A DNA stretch of 64,000 nucleotides from Macrostomum hystrix (lineage: Eukaryota > Animalia > Platyhelminthes): assembly GCA_950097015.1 (NCBI GenBank), contig CATNEN010000029.1, positions 744,001 to 808,000 of the forward strand. Direction: 5' to 3'. The position numbers and the translations under genes were made by a program. This document shows positions 24,690 through 37,520 of the stretch, piece after piece. The stretch's first letter is position 1; every line of letters starts with the position of its first letter. A model generated the notes under the pieces. The model saw nothing but the letters and a program-made list of their open reading frames with translations. It had not been told where the DNA came from and ran no database searches.

Positions 24690-26112
24690 CGATGGGACTG
24701 GGCAAGTGTGCATGATGGGTCTGGGCAAGTGTGCATGATGGGTCTGGGCAAGTGTGTGCATGATGGGACTGGGCAAGTGTGCATGATGGGTCTGGGCAAG
24801 TGTGCATGATGGGACTGGGCAAGTGTGCATGATGGGTCTGGGCAAGTGTGCATGATGGGACTGGGCAAGTGTGCATGATGGGTCTGGGCAAGTGTGCATG
24901 ATGGGACTGGGCAAGTGTGCATGATGGGACTGGGCAAGTGTGCATGATGGGTCTGGGCAAGTGTGTGCATGATGGGACTGGGCAAGTGTGCATGAAAGGT
25001 CTGGGCAAGTGTGTGCATGATGGGTCTGGGCAAGTGTGCATGATGGGACTGGGCAAGTGTGCATGATGGGACTGGGCAAGTGTGCATGATGGGTCTGGGC
25101 AAGTGTGCATGATGGGTCTGGGCAAGTGTGCATGATGGGACTGGGCAAGTGTGCATGATGGGTCTGGGCAAGTGTGTGCATGATGGGACTGGGCAAGTGT
25201 GCTTGATGGGTCTGGGCAAGTGTGTGCATGATGGGACTGGGCAAGTGTGCATGATGGGTCTGGGCAAGTGTGCATGATGGGACTGGGCAAGTGTGCATGA
25301 TGGGTCTGGGCAAGTGTGCATGATGGGACTGGGCAAGTGTGCATGATGGGTCTGGGCAAGTGTGCATGATGGGTCTGGGCAAGTGTGCATGATGGGACTG
25401 GGCAAGTGTGCATGATGGGTCTGGGCAAGTGTGCATGATGGGACTGGGCAAGTGTGCATGAAAGGTCTGGGCAAGTGTGTGCATGATGGGACTGGGCAAG
25501 TGTGCATGATGAGTCTGGGCAAGTGTGTGCATGATGGGACTGGGCAAGTGTGCATGATGGGTCTGGGCAAGTGTGTGCATGATGGGACTGGGCAAGTGTG
25601 CATGAAAGGTCTGGGCAAGTGTGTGCATGATGGGACTGGGCAAGTGTGCATGATGGGTCTGGGCAAGTGTGTGCATGATGGGACTGGGCAAGTGTGCATG
25701 AAAGGTCTGGGCAAGTGTGTGCATGATGGGACTGGGCAAGTGTGCATGAAAGGTCTGGGCAAGTGTGTGCATGATGGGTCTGGGCAAGTGTGCATGATGG
25801 GTCTGGGCAAGTGTGTGCATGATGGGACTGGGCAAGTGTGCATGAAAGGTCTGGGCAAGTGTGCATGATGGGTCTGGGCAAGTGTGCATGATGGGACTGG
25901 GCAAGTGTGCATGATGGGACTGGGCAAGTGTGCATGATGGGACTGGGCAAGTGTGTGCATGATGGGACTGGGCAAGTGTGCATGATGGGACTGGGCAAGT
26001 GTGCGTGATGGGACTGGGCAAGTGTGCATGATGGGTCTGGGCAAGTGTGCATGATGGGTCTGGGCAAGTGTGCATGAAAGGTCTGGGCAAGTGTGCATGA
26101 TGAGTCTGGGCA
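24690..26112. repeat. 23/25-bp minisatellite (GATGGGWCTGGGCAAGTGTGCAT)n
   Basis: About 60 tandem copies upstream of NT5C3. Confidence 0.95.
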
Positions 26113-26136
26113 ATGTGGATTTGTGTGTGTGCGGTT

Positions 26137-28485
26137 GGACTAGCCTAGTAGCAATGCTCTATAATCATGGGACTAGCCTAGCAGCAATGCTCTATAATCA
26201 TGGGACTAGCCTAGTAGCAATGCTCTATAATCATGGGATTAGCCTAGTAGCAATGCTCTATAATCATGGGACTAGCCTAGTAGCAATGCTCTATAATCAC
26301 GGGAGTAGCCTAGTAGCAATGCTCTATAATCATGGGATTAGCCTAGTAGCAATGCTCTATAATCATGGGACTAGCCTAGTAGCAATGCTCTATAATCATG
26401 GGATTAGCCTAGTAGCAATGCTCTATAATCATGGGACTAGCCTAGTAGCAATGCTCTATAATCACGGGAGTAGCCTAGTAGCAATGCTCTATAATCATGG
26501 GAGTAGCCTAGTAGCAATGCTCTATAATCATGGGATTAGCCTAGTAGCAATGCTCTATAATCATGGGAGTAGCCTAGTAGCAATGCTCTATAATCATGGG
26601 ACTAGCCTAGTAGCAATGCTCTATAATCATGGGACTAGCCTAGTAGCAATGCTCTATAATCATGGGACTAGCCTAGTAGCAATGCTCTATAATCATGGGA
26701 CTAGCCTAGTAGCAATGCTCTATAATCATGGGACTAGCCTAGTAGCAATGCTCTATAATCATGGGACTAGCCTAGTAGCAATGCTCTATAATCACGGGAG
26801 TAGCCTAGTAGCAATGCTCTATAATCATGGGACTAGCCTAGTAGCAATGCTCTATAATCATGGGATTAGCCTAGTAGCAATGCTCTATAATCATGGGACT
26901 AGCCTAGTAGCAATGCTCTATAATCACGGGAGTAGCCTAGTAGCAATGCTCTATAATCATGGGACTAGCCTAGTAGCAATGCTCTATAATCATGGGACTA
27001 GCCTAGTAGCAATGCTCTATAATCATGGGACTAGCCTAGTAGCAATGCTCTATAATCATGGGACTAGCCTAGTAGCAATGCTCTATAATCATGGGACTAG
27101 CCTAGTAGCAATGCTCTATAATCATGGGACTAGCCTAGTAGCAATGCTCTATAATCACGGGAGTAGCCTAGTAGCAATGCTCTATAATCATGGGACTAGC
27201 CTAGTAGCAATGCTCTATAATCATGGGATTAGCCTAGTAGCAATGCTCTATAATCATGGGAGTAGCCTAGTAGCAATGCTCTATAATCATGGGAGTAGCC
27301 TAGTAGCAATGCTCTATAATCATGGGAGTAGCCTAGTAGCAATGCTCTATAATCATGGGATTAGCCTAGTAGCAATGCTCTATAATCATGGGAGTAGCCT
27401 AGTAGCAATGCTCTATAATCACGGGAGTAGCCTAGTAGCAATGCTCTATAATCATGGGAGTAGCCTAGCAGCAATGCTCTATAATCATGGGACTAGCCTA
27501 GTAGCAATGCTCTATAATCACGGGAGTAGCCTAGTAGCAATGCTCTATAATCATGGGACTAGCCTAGTAGCAATGCTCTATAATCATGGGAGTAGCCTAG
27601 TAGCAATGCTCTATAATCATGGGAGTAGCCTAGTAGCAATGCTCTATAATCATGGGAGTAGCCTAGTAGCAATGCTCTATAATCATGGGAGTAGCCTAGT
27701 AGCAATGCTCTATAATCATGGGATTAGCCTAGTAGCAATGCTCTATAATCATGGGAGTAGCCTAGTAGCAATGCTCTATAATCATGGGATTAGCCTAGTA
27801 GCAATGCTCTATAATCATGGGATTAGCCTAGTAGCAATGCTCTATAATCATGGGACTAGCCTAGTAGCAATGCTCTATAATCATGGGATTAGCCTAGTAG
27901 CAATGCTCTATAATCATGGGAGTAGCCTAGTAGCAATGCTCTATAATCATGGGACTAGCCTAGTAGCAATGCTCTATAATCATGGGACTAGCCTAGTAGC
28001 AATGCTCTATAATCATGGGACTAGCCTAGTAGCAATGCTCTATAATCATGGGATTAGCCTAGTAGCAATGCTCTATAATCATGGGAGTAGCCTAGTAGCA
28101 ATGCTCTATAATCATGGGACTAGCCTAGTAGCAATGCTCTATAATCATGGGAGTAGCCTAGTAGCAATGCTCTATAATCATGGGATTAGCCTAGTAGCAA
28201 TGCTCTATAATCATGGGACTAGCCTAGTAGCAATGCTCTATAATCACGGGAGTAGCCTAGTAGCAATGCTCTATAATCATGGGATTAGCCTAGTAGCAAT
28301 GCTCTATAATCATGGGATTAGCCTAGTAGCAATGCTCTATAATCATGGGATTAGCCTAGTAGCAATGCTCTATAATCATGGGATTAGCCTAGTAGCAATG
28401 CTCTATAATCATGGGACTAGCCTAGTAGCAATGCTCTATAATCATGGGACTAGCCTAGTAGCAATGCTCTATAATCATGGGACTC
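26137..28485. repeat. 33-bp minisatellite (ACTAGCCTAGTAGCAATGCTCTATAATCATGGG)n
   Basis: About 71 tandem copies; source of the spurious 874-aa (TSLVAMLYNHG)n ORF. Confidence 0.97.
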
Positions 28486-28828
28486 CTTTAATGAAACACA
28501 AAAAACAATTCAAAATAGCTCTCCACAATAGTATATATAATATAGTACTATATAGTATATATATAATAGTCGAAATCGAATGCAATTCAGATGCCCTCTG
28601 TATCATGAATGCCATGTTATGTTTGATAGTAGCACTTTCCGACTCACGAACAGGACACTTAACTTACACAATTAAATTCGATATATACAAATAATTTCGA
28701 CACATATAGGCTATCGACATGACTTTGAATTCTAAAAGTCGCAAAATACCCTAACTGATACTCAAACGGATTAGCAAAAAATGCTTTAAGACTTCATTTT
28801 CAAACATTTTCTCAACACATTCATTTAA

Positions 28829-29668
28829 TTAAGCGGCTTTGGATTCCGCCAACACTCGAGTCGTAGTCGACGTCTCCACTGCCTCTGCTGGTGCGGATGT
28901 GGTCGTAGTCACCTGACTAGGTCGGTTTTGCAGTCGCTGCTGCGCCTCCAGCACCCTGGCGTGCATAGCGTAGCCAAGGCCGGATAAGACCGTGGTGAAG
29001 GCCGACATCCACCACAGCAGCTGCAGCGGGGCGGCGTCGGGTGGGGCACCAATCAGCGGGCAGCAGAGAGCCGCAGTCAAGGTACTCAACTGCAGCGCCG
29101 TGTTGGCTTTGCTCAGCGTCAACGGCTTGACCTCCTGGGCGCTGGCCAGCAGGCCGGAGGCGCCGGCATCCTGACGCTGCGAGTTGCGAAGCGAAGCAAC
29201 GGCCGTGCCGCCAATCAGCATCAGATCCCGCCCGATGTACAGAGCGATCAGCTGAGCTGGCAGCAGCCCGGTGTACCCCAGCGACAGGGACAGCGCTGCC
29301 ACCAGCACCTTGTCGCCCAAAGGATCCAGCAGGCTGCCCAGCAGCGACTGTTGGCTAGGCCAGCGCCTGGCAATCCAGCCGTCCAATCCGTCTGACAGTC
29401 CGGCAGCCAGGGTCAGGACAGCCGCCGGGCCAAAGCTGTTGGCAATAATGCAGGCCGCAATGCAAGGAGCGGCTACAATTCGACCAGCTGAGATGGCATT
29501 CGGTACTGTGTACACTCGACCTCTGCGAAGACTGGCCTCAGAAGCTCCCGGATCGGTTGTCATTGATTGGCTAGCTGCTGGTGTTAATATAATATTCAGG
29601 TTGCTGAAGAGAGACGCTCGGCCATTGGTTGGCGGCCGTAGCCAATGAGAGCAGAGCAGACGGGACAG
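28829..29668 (-). CDS. CRLS1: Cardiolipin synthase (CDP-alcohol phosphatidyltransferase); start codon unresolved
   Basis: VYTVPNAISAGR and the CDP-alcohol phosphotransferase motif DGLDGWIARRWPSQQSLLGSLLDPLGDK. First in-frame ATG is at 29563, but the open frame extends to an acceptor (TTTACAG, AG at 29670-29669). The start could come from SL trans-splicing or from a 36-nt exon 29757-29722. Confidence 0.92.
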   Translation of the reverse strand: MSRLLCSHWLRPPTNGRASLFSNLNIILTPAASQSMTTDPGASEASLRRGRVYTVPNAISAGRIVAAPCIAACIIANSFGPAAVLTLAAGLSDGLDGWIARRWPSQQSLLGSLLDPLGDKVLVAALSLSLGYTGLLPAQLIALYIGRDLMLIGGTAVASLRNSQRQDAGASGLLASAQEVKPLTLSKANTALQLSTLTAALCCPLIGAPPDAAPLQLLWWMSAFTTVLSGLGYAMHARVLEAQQRLQNRPSQVTTTTSAPAEAVETSTTTRVLAESKAA

Positions 29669-30609
29669 CTGTAAATTATTGTGCGGGATTATTGACTTGT
29701 CATCTGCGATCAAAACCTAACTCTGTAAGTACAGAACGCACGCTTGTGTATTGCCATCTGTCCTTTTTGTTCAGTAGAAGTCCGGTGAAAAATATGCTGT
29801 TTACATGCGTAAGTAATACTCGTAGATACATAATGTACTTTATTGTCTAGCAAATTATACTCGCAATCGTACTGTAGTCGTAGTTGGTGAGACAAGCATC
29901 AGACTTATCTACATTCCTTTATTTCTCCGTAGCAACTTGTGCATGCCGTGCCTTCCCAGTTAAACAAAATAGTGAACAATGACGCATTCCTGGCGAATCA
30001 GAACAAACTCAAACTACAGGCAATTTTTTTGCTCGTTTATTCGGGGACACAAAATTGCCAGATCTGTAGGGCCAGCTCACGGGTCAATGGGTTAGACAAC
30101 ATTCAACAATAAACTATATAATAAAGCTGCGAAATCAATAATATCAATAAAAAGCTATAGATCAATGAAAAAACTAATATAGCTAAACAAAGCAAGACAC
30201 GCGAGTAGACTGATCACATTCATGTGTTTATAAATTAAATTTTTTGTGCCATAAAACAAAACTACGATAAAATATATGCTAACAAGGTAAAATAATGCCA
30301 CTTGTTTTATTCCAAACTCAAGAAGACAAAAACAGAAACAAAAAGGATTAAAAACTGTGCTTGCCCGCGGAGGAAAATTTGACAAGAAAAATGCGGACCA
30401 CAAAATGTTGCAATTTTATTTTTTTAAGGAAGAGTAGAATAGGAGAAAAAAAACAAACGAGATTACAATCATACATTCAAAACTAAAAAATTTATTATAT
30501 AAGTAATAAGTAAATGCAGGAAAATGAAAAAGCTATCAGTTTTGGACGACAAAAACTAGTCTGTAAAGGTAAAACACAGGCTGATGGCTTTATGTAATGG
30601 TTGCTTGCC

Positions 30610-32505
30610 ACTATCACCCTAATTCCATTGTCACTATCACCCTGATTCCATTGTCACTCTCACCCTGATTCCATTGCCACTCTCACCCTGATTCCATTGT
30701 CACTCTCACCCTGATTCCATTGTCACTCTCACCCTGATTCCATTGTCACTATCACCCTGATTCCATTGTCACTCTCACCCTGATTCCATTGCCACTCTCA
30801 CCCTGATTCCATTGTCACTCTCACCCTGATTCCATTGTCACTCTCACCCTGATTCCATTGTCACTCTCACCCTGATTCCATTGTCACTCTCACCCTGATT
30901 CCATTGCCACTCTCACCCTGATTCCATTGTCACTCTCACCCTGATTCCATTGTCACTCTCACCCTGATTCCATTGCCACTGTCTCCCTGATTCCATTGTC
31001 ACTGTCTCCCTGATTCCATTGTCACTGTCTCCCTGATTCCATTGCCACTATCACCCTGATTCCATTGCCACTATCACCCTGATTCCATTGTCACTCTCAC
31101 CCTGATTCCATTGTCACTATCACCCTGATTCCATTGTCACTATCACCCTGATTCCATTGTCACTCTCACCCTGATTCCATTGGCACTCTCACCCTGATTC
31201 CATTGCCACTATCACCCTGATTCCATTGTCACTCTCACCCTGATTCCATTGTCACTATCACCCTGATTCCATTGTCACTATCACCCTGATTCCATTGCCA
31301 CTATCACCCTGATTCCATTGTCACTCTCACCCTGATTCCATTGTCACTATCACCCTGATTCCATTGTCACTCTCACCCTGATTCCATTGTCACTCTCACC
31401 CTGATTCCATTGTCACTCTCACCCTGATTCCATTGTCACTCTTGCCCTGATTCCATTGTCACTATCACCCTGATTCCATTGTCACTCTCTCCCTGATTCC
31501 ATTGTCACTCTTGCCCTGATTCCATTGTCACTATCACCCTGATTCCATTGTCACTCTCACCCTGATTCCATTGCCACTATCACCCTAATTCCATTGTCAC
31601 TATCACCCTGATTCCATTGCCACTATCACCCTGATTCCATTGCCACTATCACCCTAATTCCATTGTCACTATCACCCTGATTCCATTGCCACTATCACCC
31701 TAATTCCATTGTCACTCTCACCTTGATTCCATTGTCACTCTCACCCTGATTCCATTGTCACTCTCACCCTGATTCCATTGTCACTGTCTCCCTGATTCCA
31801 TTGTCACTGTCTCCCTGATTCCATTGCCACTATCACCCTGATTCCATTGCCACTATCACCCTGATTCCATTGTCACTCTCACCCTGATTCCATTGCCACT
31901 ATCACCCTGATTCCATTGCCACTATCACCCTGATTCCATTGCCACTCTCACCCTGATTCCATTGGCACTCTCACCCTGATTCCATTGGCACTCTCACCCT
32001 GATTCCATTGTCACTCTCACCCTAATTCCATTGTCACTCTCACCCTGATTCCATTGTCACTCTCACCCTGATTCCATTGTCACTATCACCTTAATTCCAT
32101 TGTCACTATCACCTTAATTCCATTGTCACTATCACCTTAATTCCATTGTCACTATCACCTTAATTCCATTGTCACTATCACCTTAATTCCATTGTCACTA
32201 TCACCTTAATTCCATTGTCACTATCACCCTAATTCCATTGTCACTATCACCCTAATTCCATTGTCACTATCACCCTAATTCCATTGTCACTCTCTCCCTG
32301 ATTCCATTGTCACTCTTGCCCTAATTCCATTGTCACTCTCTCCCTGATTCCATTCTGACTGTCACCCTAACTCCAGTGTCACTCTTGCCGTGATTCCATT
32401 GTCACTATTACACTGATTCCATTGTCACTCTCGCCCTGATTTCATTCTCACTGTCACCCTAATTCCATTGTCACTCTTGCCCTGATTCCATTGTCACTAT
32501 CACTA
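30610..32505. repeat. 23-bp minisatellite (CCCTGATTCCATTGTCACTCTCA)n
   Basis: About 82 tandem copies between SLC35B2 and CRLS1. Confidence 0.97.
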
Positions 32506-33041
32506 TTTTGAATTCAATCTAATATAGTCATACGAGAAGGGTTAAAAATATATACGAGTATTTTGAGAAAATGTTACTAAGCTTACAAGTATTGTATCAG
32601 AAAGCATGTCTTGTTCAATAACCGATAAGAAAAATAAACGGAAATGAATAAAACGAAAGCTGAGAAGAAAGCAACGGTACACTCAATATACGCGCACATG
32701 TGTGTTAATGGTTAATCGATAATGACAACATTATTGAACTGCTATTAACGCAAAAACAAAGAAAGATAATTATTTTATAATAAATTTACTGGCAGAAACT
32801 CGCTGTAATTTCCTTTATATATTAGAAAAATATCTAGGATAAAATGCACGATCTAAAATTATGTCCAAAAAGTAAAGCAGAATATTAGTAATCTATCACA
32901 CAGCGCATGATAAATTGTTTGAAAAACTAAATAGGACAATTTGACGTGGCTCTTTAACATACAACACTTAGTCACAAGGTATAGACGCTGATGGTAAAAA
33001 CACAAAAATAGAAAATGGTCCGACCACTAAATAAGCGGAAG

Positions 33042-33312
33042 TCTAATCAGGAACACTAATTAGGGGAGTGGAAGACCAATCAGGAACACTAATTGGGGGA
33101 GTGGAAGACTAATTAGGAACACTAATTGAGGGAGTGGAAGACTAATTAGGAACACTAATTGGGGGTGGAAGCCCAATCAGGAACACTAATTGGGGGTGGA
33201 AGCCCAATCAGGAACACTAATTGGGGGGAGTGGAAGCCTAATCAGGAACACTAATTGGGGAGAGTGGAAGCCTAATTAGGAACACTAATTGGGGCAAGTG
33301 GAAGCCTAATTA
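33042..33312. repeat. ~33-bp minisatellite (AATCAGGAACACTAATTGGGGGAGTGGAAGCCT)n just 3' of the SLC35B2 stop
   Basis: About 8 imperfect copies. Confidence 0.85.
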
Positions 33313-33329
33313 TCTACCTGCTGGACTCA

Positions 33330-36300
33330 TTAGCCAGTCCTGTTGGTCCGTGGCTGCCTCAGGCGCTGGCCTAGGTAGATTCTAAGAAACAGGCCCAGAA
33401 ATACGACGGCTACACCCAGGTAGCCGAGAGGTGGCACTCGATGCTGATAGATTAGGCAGGACAGCAGAATGGCGAAAGCCTGCCGGACTGTCATGATGAT
33501 GATGAAGGTGACGGACCCGAATCTGGCAATAGTGTGAAAGATGACCAGCTGGCCAACAGTGGAGCACACAGATAGCAGGCCCAGGTGCATCAGGAACAGG
33601 GGATGCCGATAGGCGAATGCCAAAGCGGCAGGCAATGAGCCCTGCTCAAGCTGAGCAGCCACTGTGAGCACGCAGGAGAGAACACTGGTGCCGGCCATCA
33701 TCTGCAGGGTGGACACGCCGTGGCGGGTGAACAGGAGGCTCTGCCAGGTGCTGGTGAATGCGTCGAAGGCCATGTAGCCGGCTAGGAGGGCGACGCCGCT
33801 AATTGTCGTCGAAGTGGTGGAGGACGATCGATCGTCCGACTCAGAGGTCAGAAGGAAGGCGCTGGTTCCTATGGGATTTTTTCGAGAGGATTACTTTAGG
33901 ACTGCGGTGTAAAAATAAAAATAAAAATTGCAGGATGGCTGCGGGCAAGGACACATCATAGGGTGACACTAGACCCGCAGCCAGCGAGGATGCAATTATG
34001 CCTGTTTCGCTAACTACTGAGCACACGTACACAGATACTGTACGCAGGCACGTACTCACAGCGGTGTACACCTAAATTGCACGAACCCCCAAGCCTACTC
34101 TCCGCGGCTGCGCCCCAAATGAATGCGGCCTCGCCGCGGAATCGAGCTCAGGGACCTTGGTGCGAGAAGCAATCGCGTTAGCCGCTCTGCCACTCACCCT
34201 CCTGGACTGCAGTGTTGGGGATGGATGCTCATAGGTCATTCATAGAGGGCGATATATCACTTTAAAGAAAATTGATCAATTAGATTGTCTCATAGTTGCT
34301 CATAGCCCATTCAAGGATTATAATTGCTCAGTTAAGGATCATCATTATCAAGAGATTATCATGCTCTTCAATCTGGCCTTATAAAGGTAATTAAAAAACA
34401 GACAGTAGTTAACAAGCTCACCGGCACTAATCAAAGCCGCAGTGGCGTACTCGTCCCATCTATAGGATTTGCGCGACACCAGCTTGCCCATCAGCATGAC
34501 AGGAATGATTTTGCATGCTTTGGCCAGCACCTGCGTTGGGAAGCTAACATAGAGCAGAGCCTCATATTGGCACCAGGAGCTGAGAACATTAGACAATGAA
34601 CTCCAGGTGTACTCAAAGGCCGGCGCCCGATGCGGTGTTCGACTGGCTAGGCTAATAGCTGCGACGGCTAGCAGACCGGATAGGAAACGATTGGCAAACA
34701 CCAGGAACTGCGAGTCGCGAAAGCGTTCGCCGTGTCCGTAGTCAGCTGTTACCATGCGCTCCTGGAGCACACCCCAGGTCAGGTAGGCCGCCTAGAATTC
34801 AATAAACAATCGCATAATACTACTTATAGACCAAAATTAGCCCTTAAATACTGCTAGCAAATGTAAAGGTACACTTTAAAATATTCAATAACAAAAAATG
34901 AACACAAGCTAGATTTTCACCTGTAGTCCGATGACGCAGGCGGCTAGATTAATATACCATTCCCGACTATGCGGCTGCGGCTGCTGCTGAACAGTCGCCG
35001 TCTCCGCCTTCCTATTGGCTGCAGACTTGCTCAGCTCAGCTTCCAGATCGGACTGGGGGCCGGAGCCCACGGCCAGGAGGTGGATTAGCCATGACAAGCA
35101 GCCAGTGCCCCTGCAGTCCTGCTGCGCCCGCCTGCTAGTCAAAGTTCGATTTCAGTTGACGTCACTCTGTTCCTGTACCAGTCACTTTGTTCCTGTACCA
35201 GTCACTTTGTTCCTGTACCAGTCACTTTGTTCCTGTACCAGTCACTTTGTTCCTGTACCAGTCACTCTGTTCCTGTACTAGTCACTCTATTCCTGTACCA
35301 GTCACTCTGTTCCTGTACTAGTCACTCTATTCCTGTACCAGTCACTCTGTTCCTGTACTAGTCACTCTATTCCTGTACCAGTCACTCTATTCCTGTACCA
35401 GTCACTCTGTTCTTTTTCCAGTCACTCTATTCCTGTACCAGTCACTCTGTTCCTGTACCAGTCACTCTGTTCCTGTACCAGTCACTCTGTTCCTGTACCA
35501 GTCACTCTGTTCCTGTACCAGTCACTCTGTTCCTGTACCAGTCACCTGTTCCACACTGTTAAATCTTCTTTGAGAAATAAAAGGGAAAATAGTCACCTGG
35601 GTGCTCGATTCTCGTAGTCCCACACGCGAGCCAATAGCACAATGCACCCTAGAGGCAGCAGCACAGATCCGTAGCCAATCAGATTGGCCAGCAGCCTGCT
35701 TAGCCACCAACTGTCGCCGCTATTGGTTCCAGTATTAGCATCGCCGTGATGCAATAGCAGAGCGGCGATAACAGACGGTAGGCAAACAAAGGCGCAAGCG
35801 CTTAGCAACAAGCCGATGGCGCTGTCAGAATAGAACGGAGTAAAATATAACATTAATAAAGTATGAATAAAATATAACTCACCAGCCTTTCGCTCTATAG
35901 TAATAATATTTGCAAGAGGTCTGTGAGCAATTTTATTTGCTGCCCATTTCGCTGACTCCTGAGCACACACTCACACAAGTGTGTACAACTGACCTGACTT
36001 TCTCATTGTGAGGCAGTGTACACTCTCACTGTGCCATGAATGTTAGACCTCATGCGCTTAAACTGCAGAACAAGCACTCAAGCGTGTATTGTCGAAATGT
36101 TGCCTCGAATGAATGTGGCCTCGCTGCGGAATCATGCTCAGGGACCTTGTTGCGAGAGGTCTTAGACTCAGACTCAGACTCAGACCCACCATTCACCATA
36201 ATTAGCGCTTATTAATCATTGTGCTAATTATCAATTATGTTATTATTATGATTATAATAAATTAGTGTTTAGCAGATTGATCTGAAATAGTGTAACAGAC

Positions 36301-37520
36301 TAGCTCAGACTTCTATAGAAACTTAGTCTTCTACTAAGCTAAATGCAAGGATTAGTTAAAAAAGAAAACAATTAAACGATAAAAATAATTTTTTACTACA
36401 TTATGCGTGTCAATCCTGGGTCAGCAACCTTCGGCCGGCGGGCCCGAAGCTCCCTAACCAGGCCCCATCCAGCACCTACACTTATATACTGTATTATCAC
36501 TAACATATACCTGTCAGTTGTCTTCTCTCTTGATTGCATCATCTTGCAACTCGAATCACATTTTTCCACTCCTATTGATGCGCCCACTGTCTAAAATCTC
36601 TCCCCTATCTAATCGCTCCCTTGACTTATCTCTTCCTGTCTTATCTCTCCAGCATCTCATCTCTGCTTTGTCTTATCTATCCCGTCTTATCTCTACCTGT
36701 CTCATCTCTCCATGTTTCGTCTATCCCCTGTCTTATCTCTCCATGTTTCGTCTATCCCCTGTCTTATCTCTCCATGTTTCGTCTATCTTCTGTCTTATCT
36801 CTCCATGTTTCGTCTATCCGCTGTCTTATCTCTCCATGTTTCGTCTATCTTCTGTCTTATCTGTCCATGTTTCGTCTATCTTCTGTCTCATCTCTCCATG
36901 TTTCGTCTATCTTCTGTCTTATCTATCCATCCTGTAACTCCCAGTTTTTCCAGCCTTAGTCTCATCTTTGCCTGTCCTTTCTATCTCTCTCTCTGTGTTT
37001 TATCTATCCCCTGCCCCATCTCTCCACTATCAATGCGATCCGCTGTTGTCTTTTGGATTCTATCTGTGGCCTGCGAGGCGTAAAAGGTTGCGGATTCCCG
37101 GTCTAAATAGAACAAAGACTACTAGAACTTCTTGATAAAAGCGTACTTACCTACACCTACCAGAAGTCCCCATAAAATGACGACACAGAGAAATTCTCAA
37201 AAATAAAAACAAAGGAACCCAATGTTATTACGTGCACGAGTGAATTATGGGAATTAGCGAAGGAAAATGTGATATTTCAAAACTGCCTCAAGAAGTTCAT
37301 TCACTTACCAGGCGTGCAACTGGCGCAGGCTCAAATCGCCAATTTTATTAGTTAATCGAAGCCTGAACTGTTCAATCTTGCTGGCTGCGGCAGGCAACGG
37401 CAGTCGGGAGGTCACATAATAGTACGCCGAGGCGCCATTCGCGACCGCATCTGACGAAGATCGTCCGGTCTGATACGACCGACGCTGGGTAGCGGCGCCG
37501 CCAACGCCGCTGCTTGTCAT
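33330..37520 (-). CDS. SLC35B2: PAPS transporter 1 (nucleotide-sugar transporter family, slalom/PAPST1)
   Basis: Exons 37520-37309, 35821-35597, 35110-34921, 34791-34422, 33868-33330, phases consistent (2,2,0,1). Motifs [84 protein letters not shown]. Confidence 0.95.
33908..34200 (-). mobile_element. tRNA-headed SINE family A in an SLC35B2 intron
   Basis: CCTCGCCGCGGAATCGAGCTCAGGGACCTTGGTGCGAG head plus shared body blocks. Confidence 0.75.
35158..35548. repeat. 20-bp minisatellite (GTCACTCTGTTCCTGTACCA)n
   Basis: About 19 tandem copies in an SLC35B2 intron. Confidence 0.95.
35903..36160 (-). mobile_element. tRNA-headed SINE family A, diverged
   Basis: Body and head similar to 3410-3685. 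Confidence 0.7.
36630..37025. repeat. 31-bp minisatellite (CTGTCTTATCTCTCCATGTTTCGTCTATCYY)n
   Basis: Tandem copies; shares TGTCTTATCT...CTATC with the 34-bp satellite. Confidence 0.85.

Noticed and set aside
24597-26113. His/Cys-rich 475-497-aa ORFs resembling metal-binding proteins
   Set aside because: Three-frame translations of the 23/25-bp repeat.
26070-28694. 874-aa (TSLVAMLYNHG)n ORF
   Set aside because: A 33-bp tandem unit that lacks a stop in one frame; unit variants look like ordinary repeat drift; no splice or promoter support.
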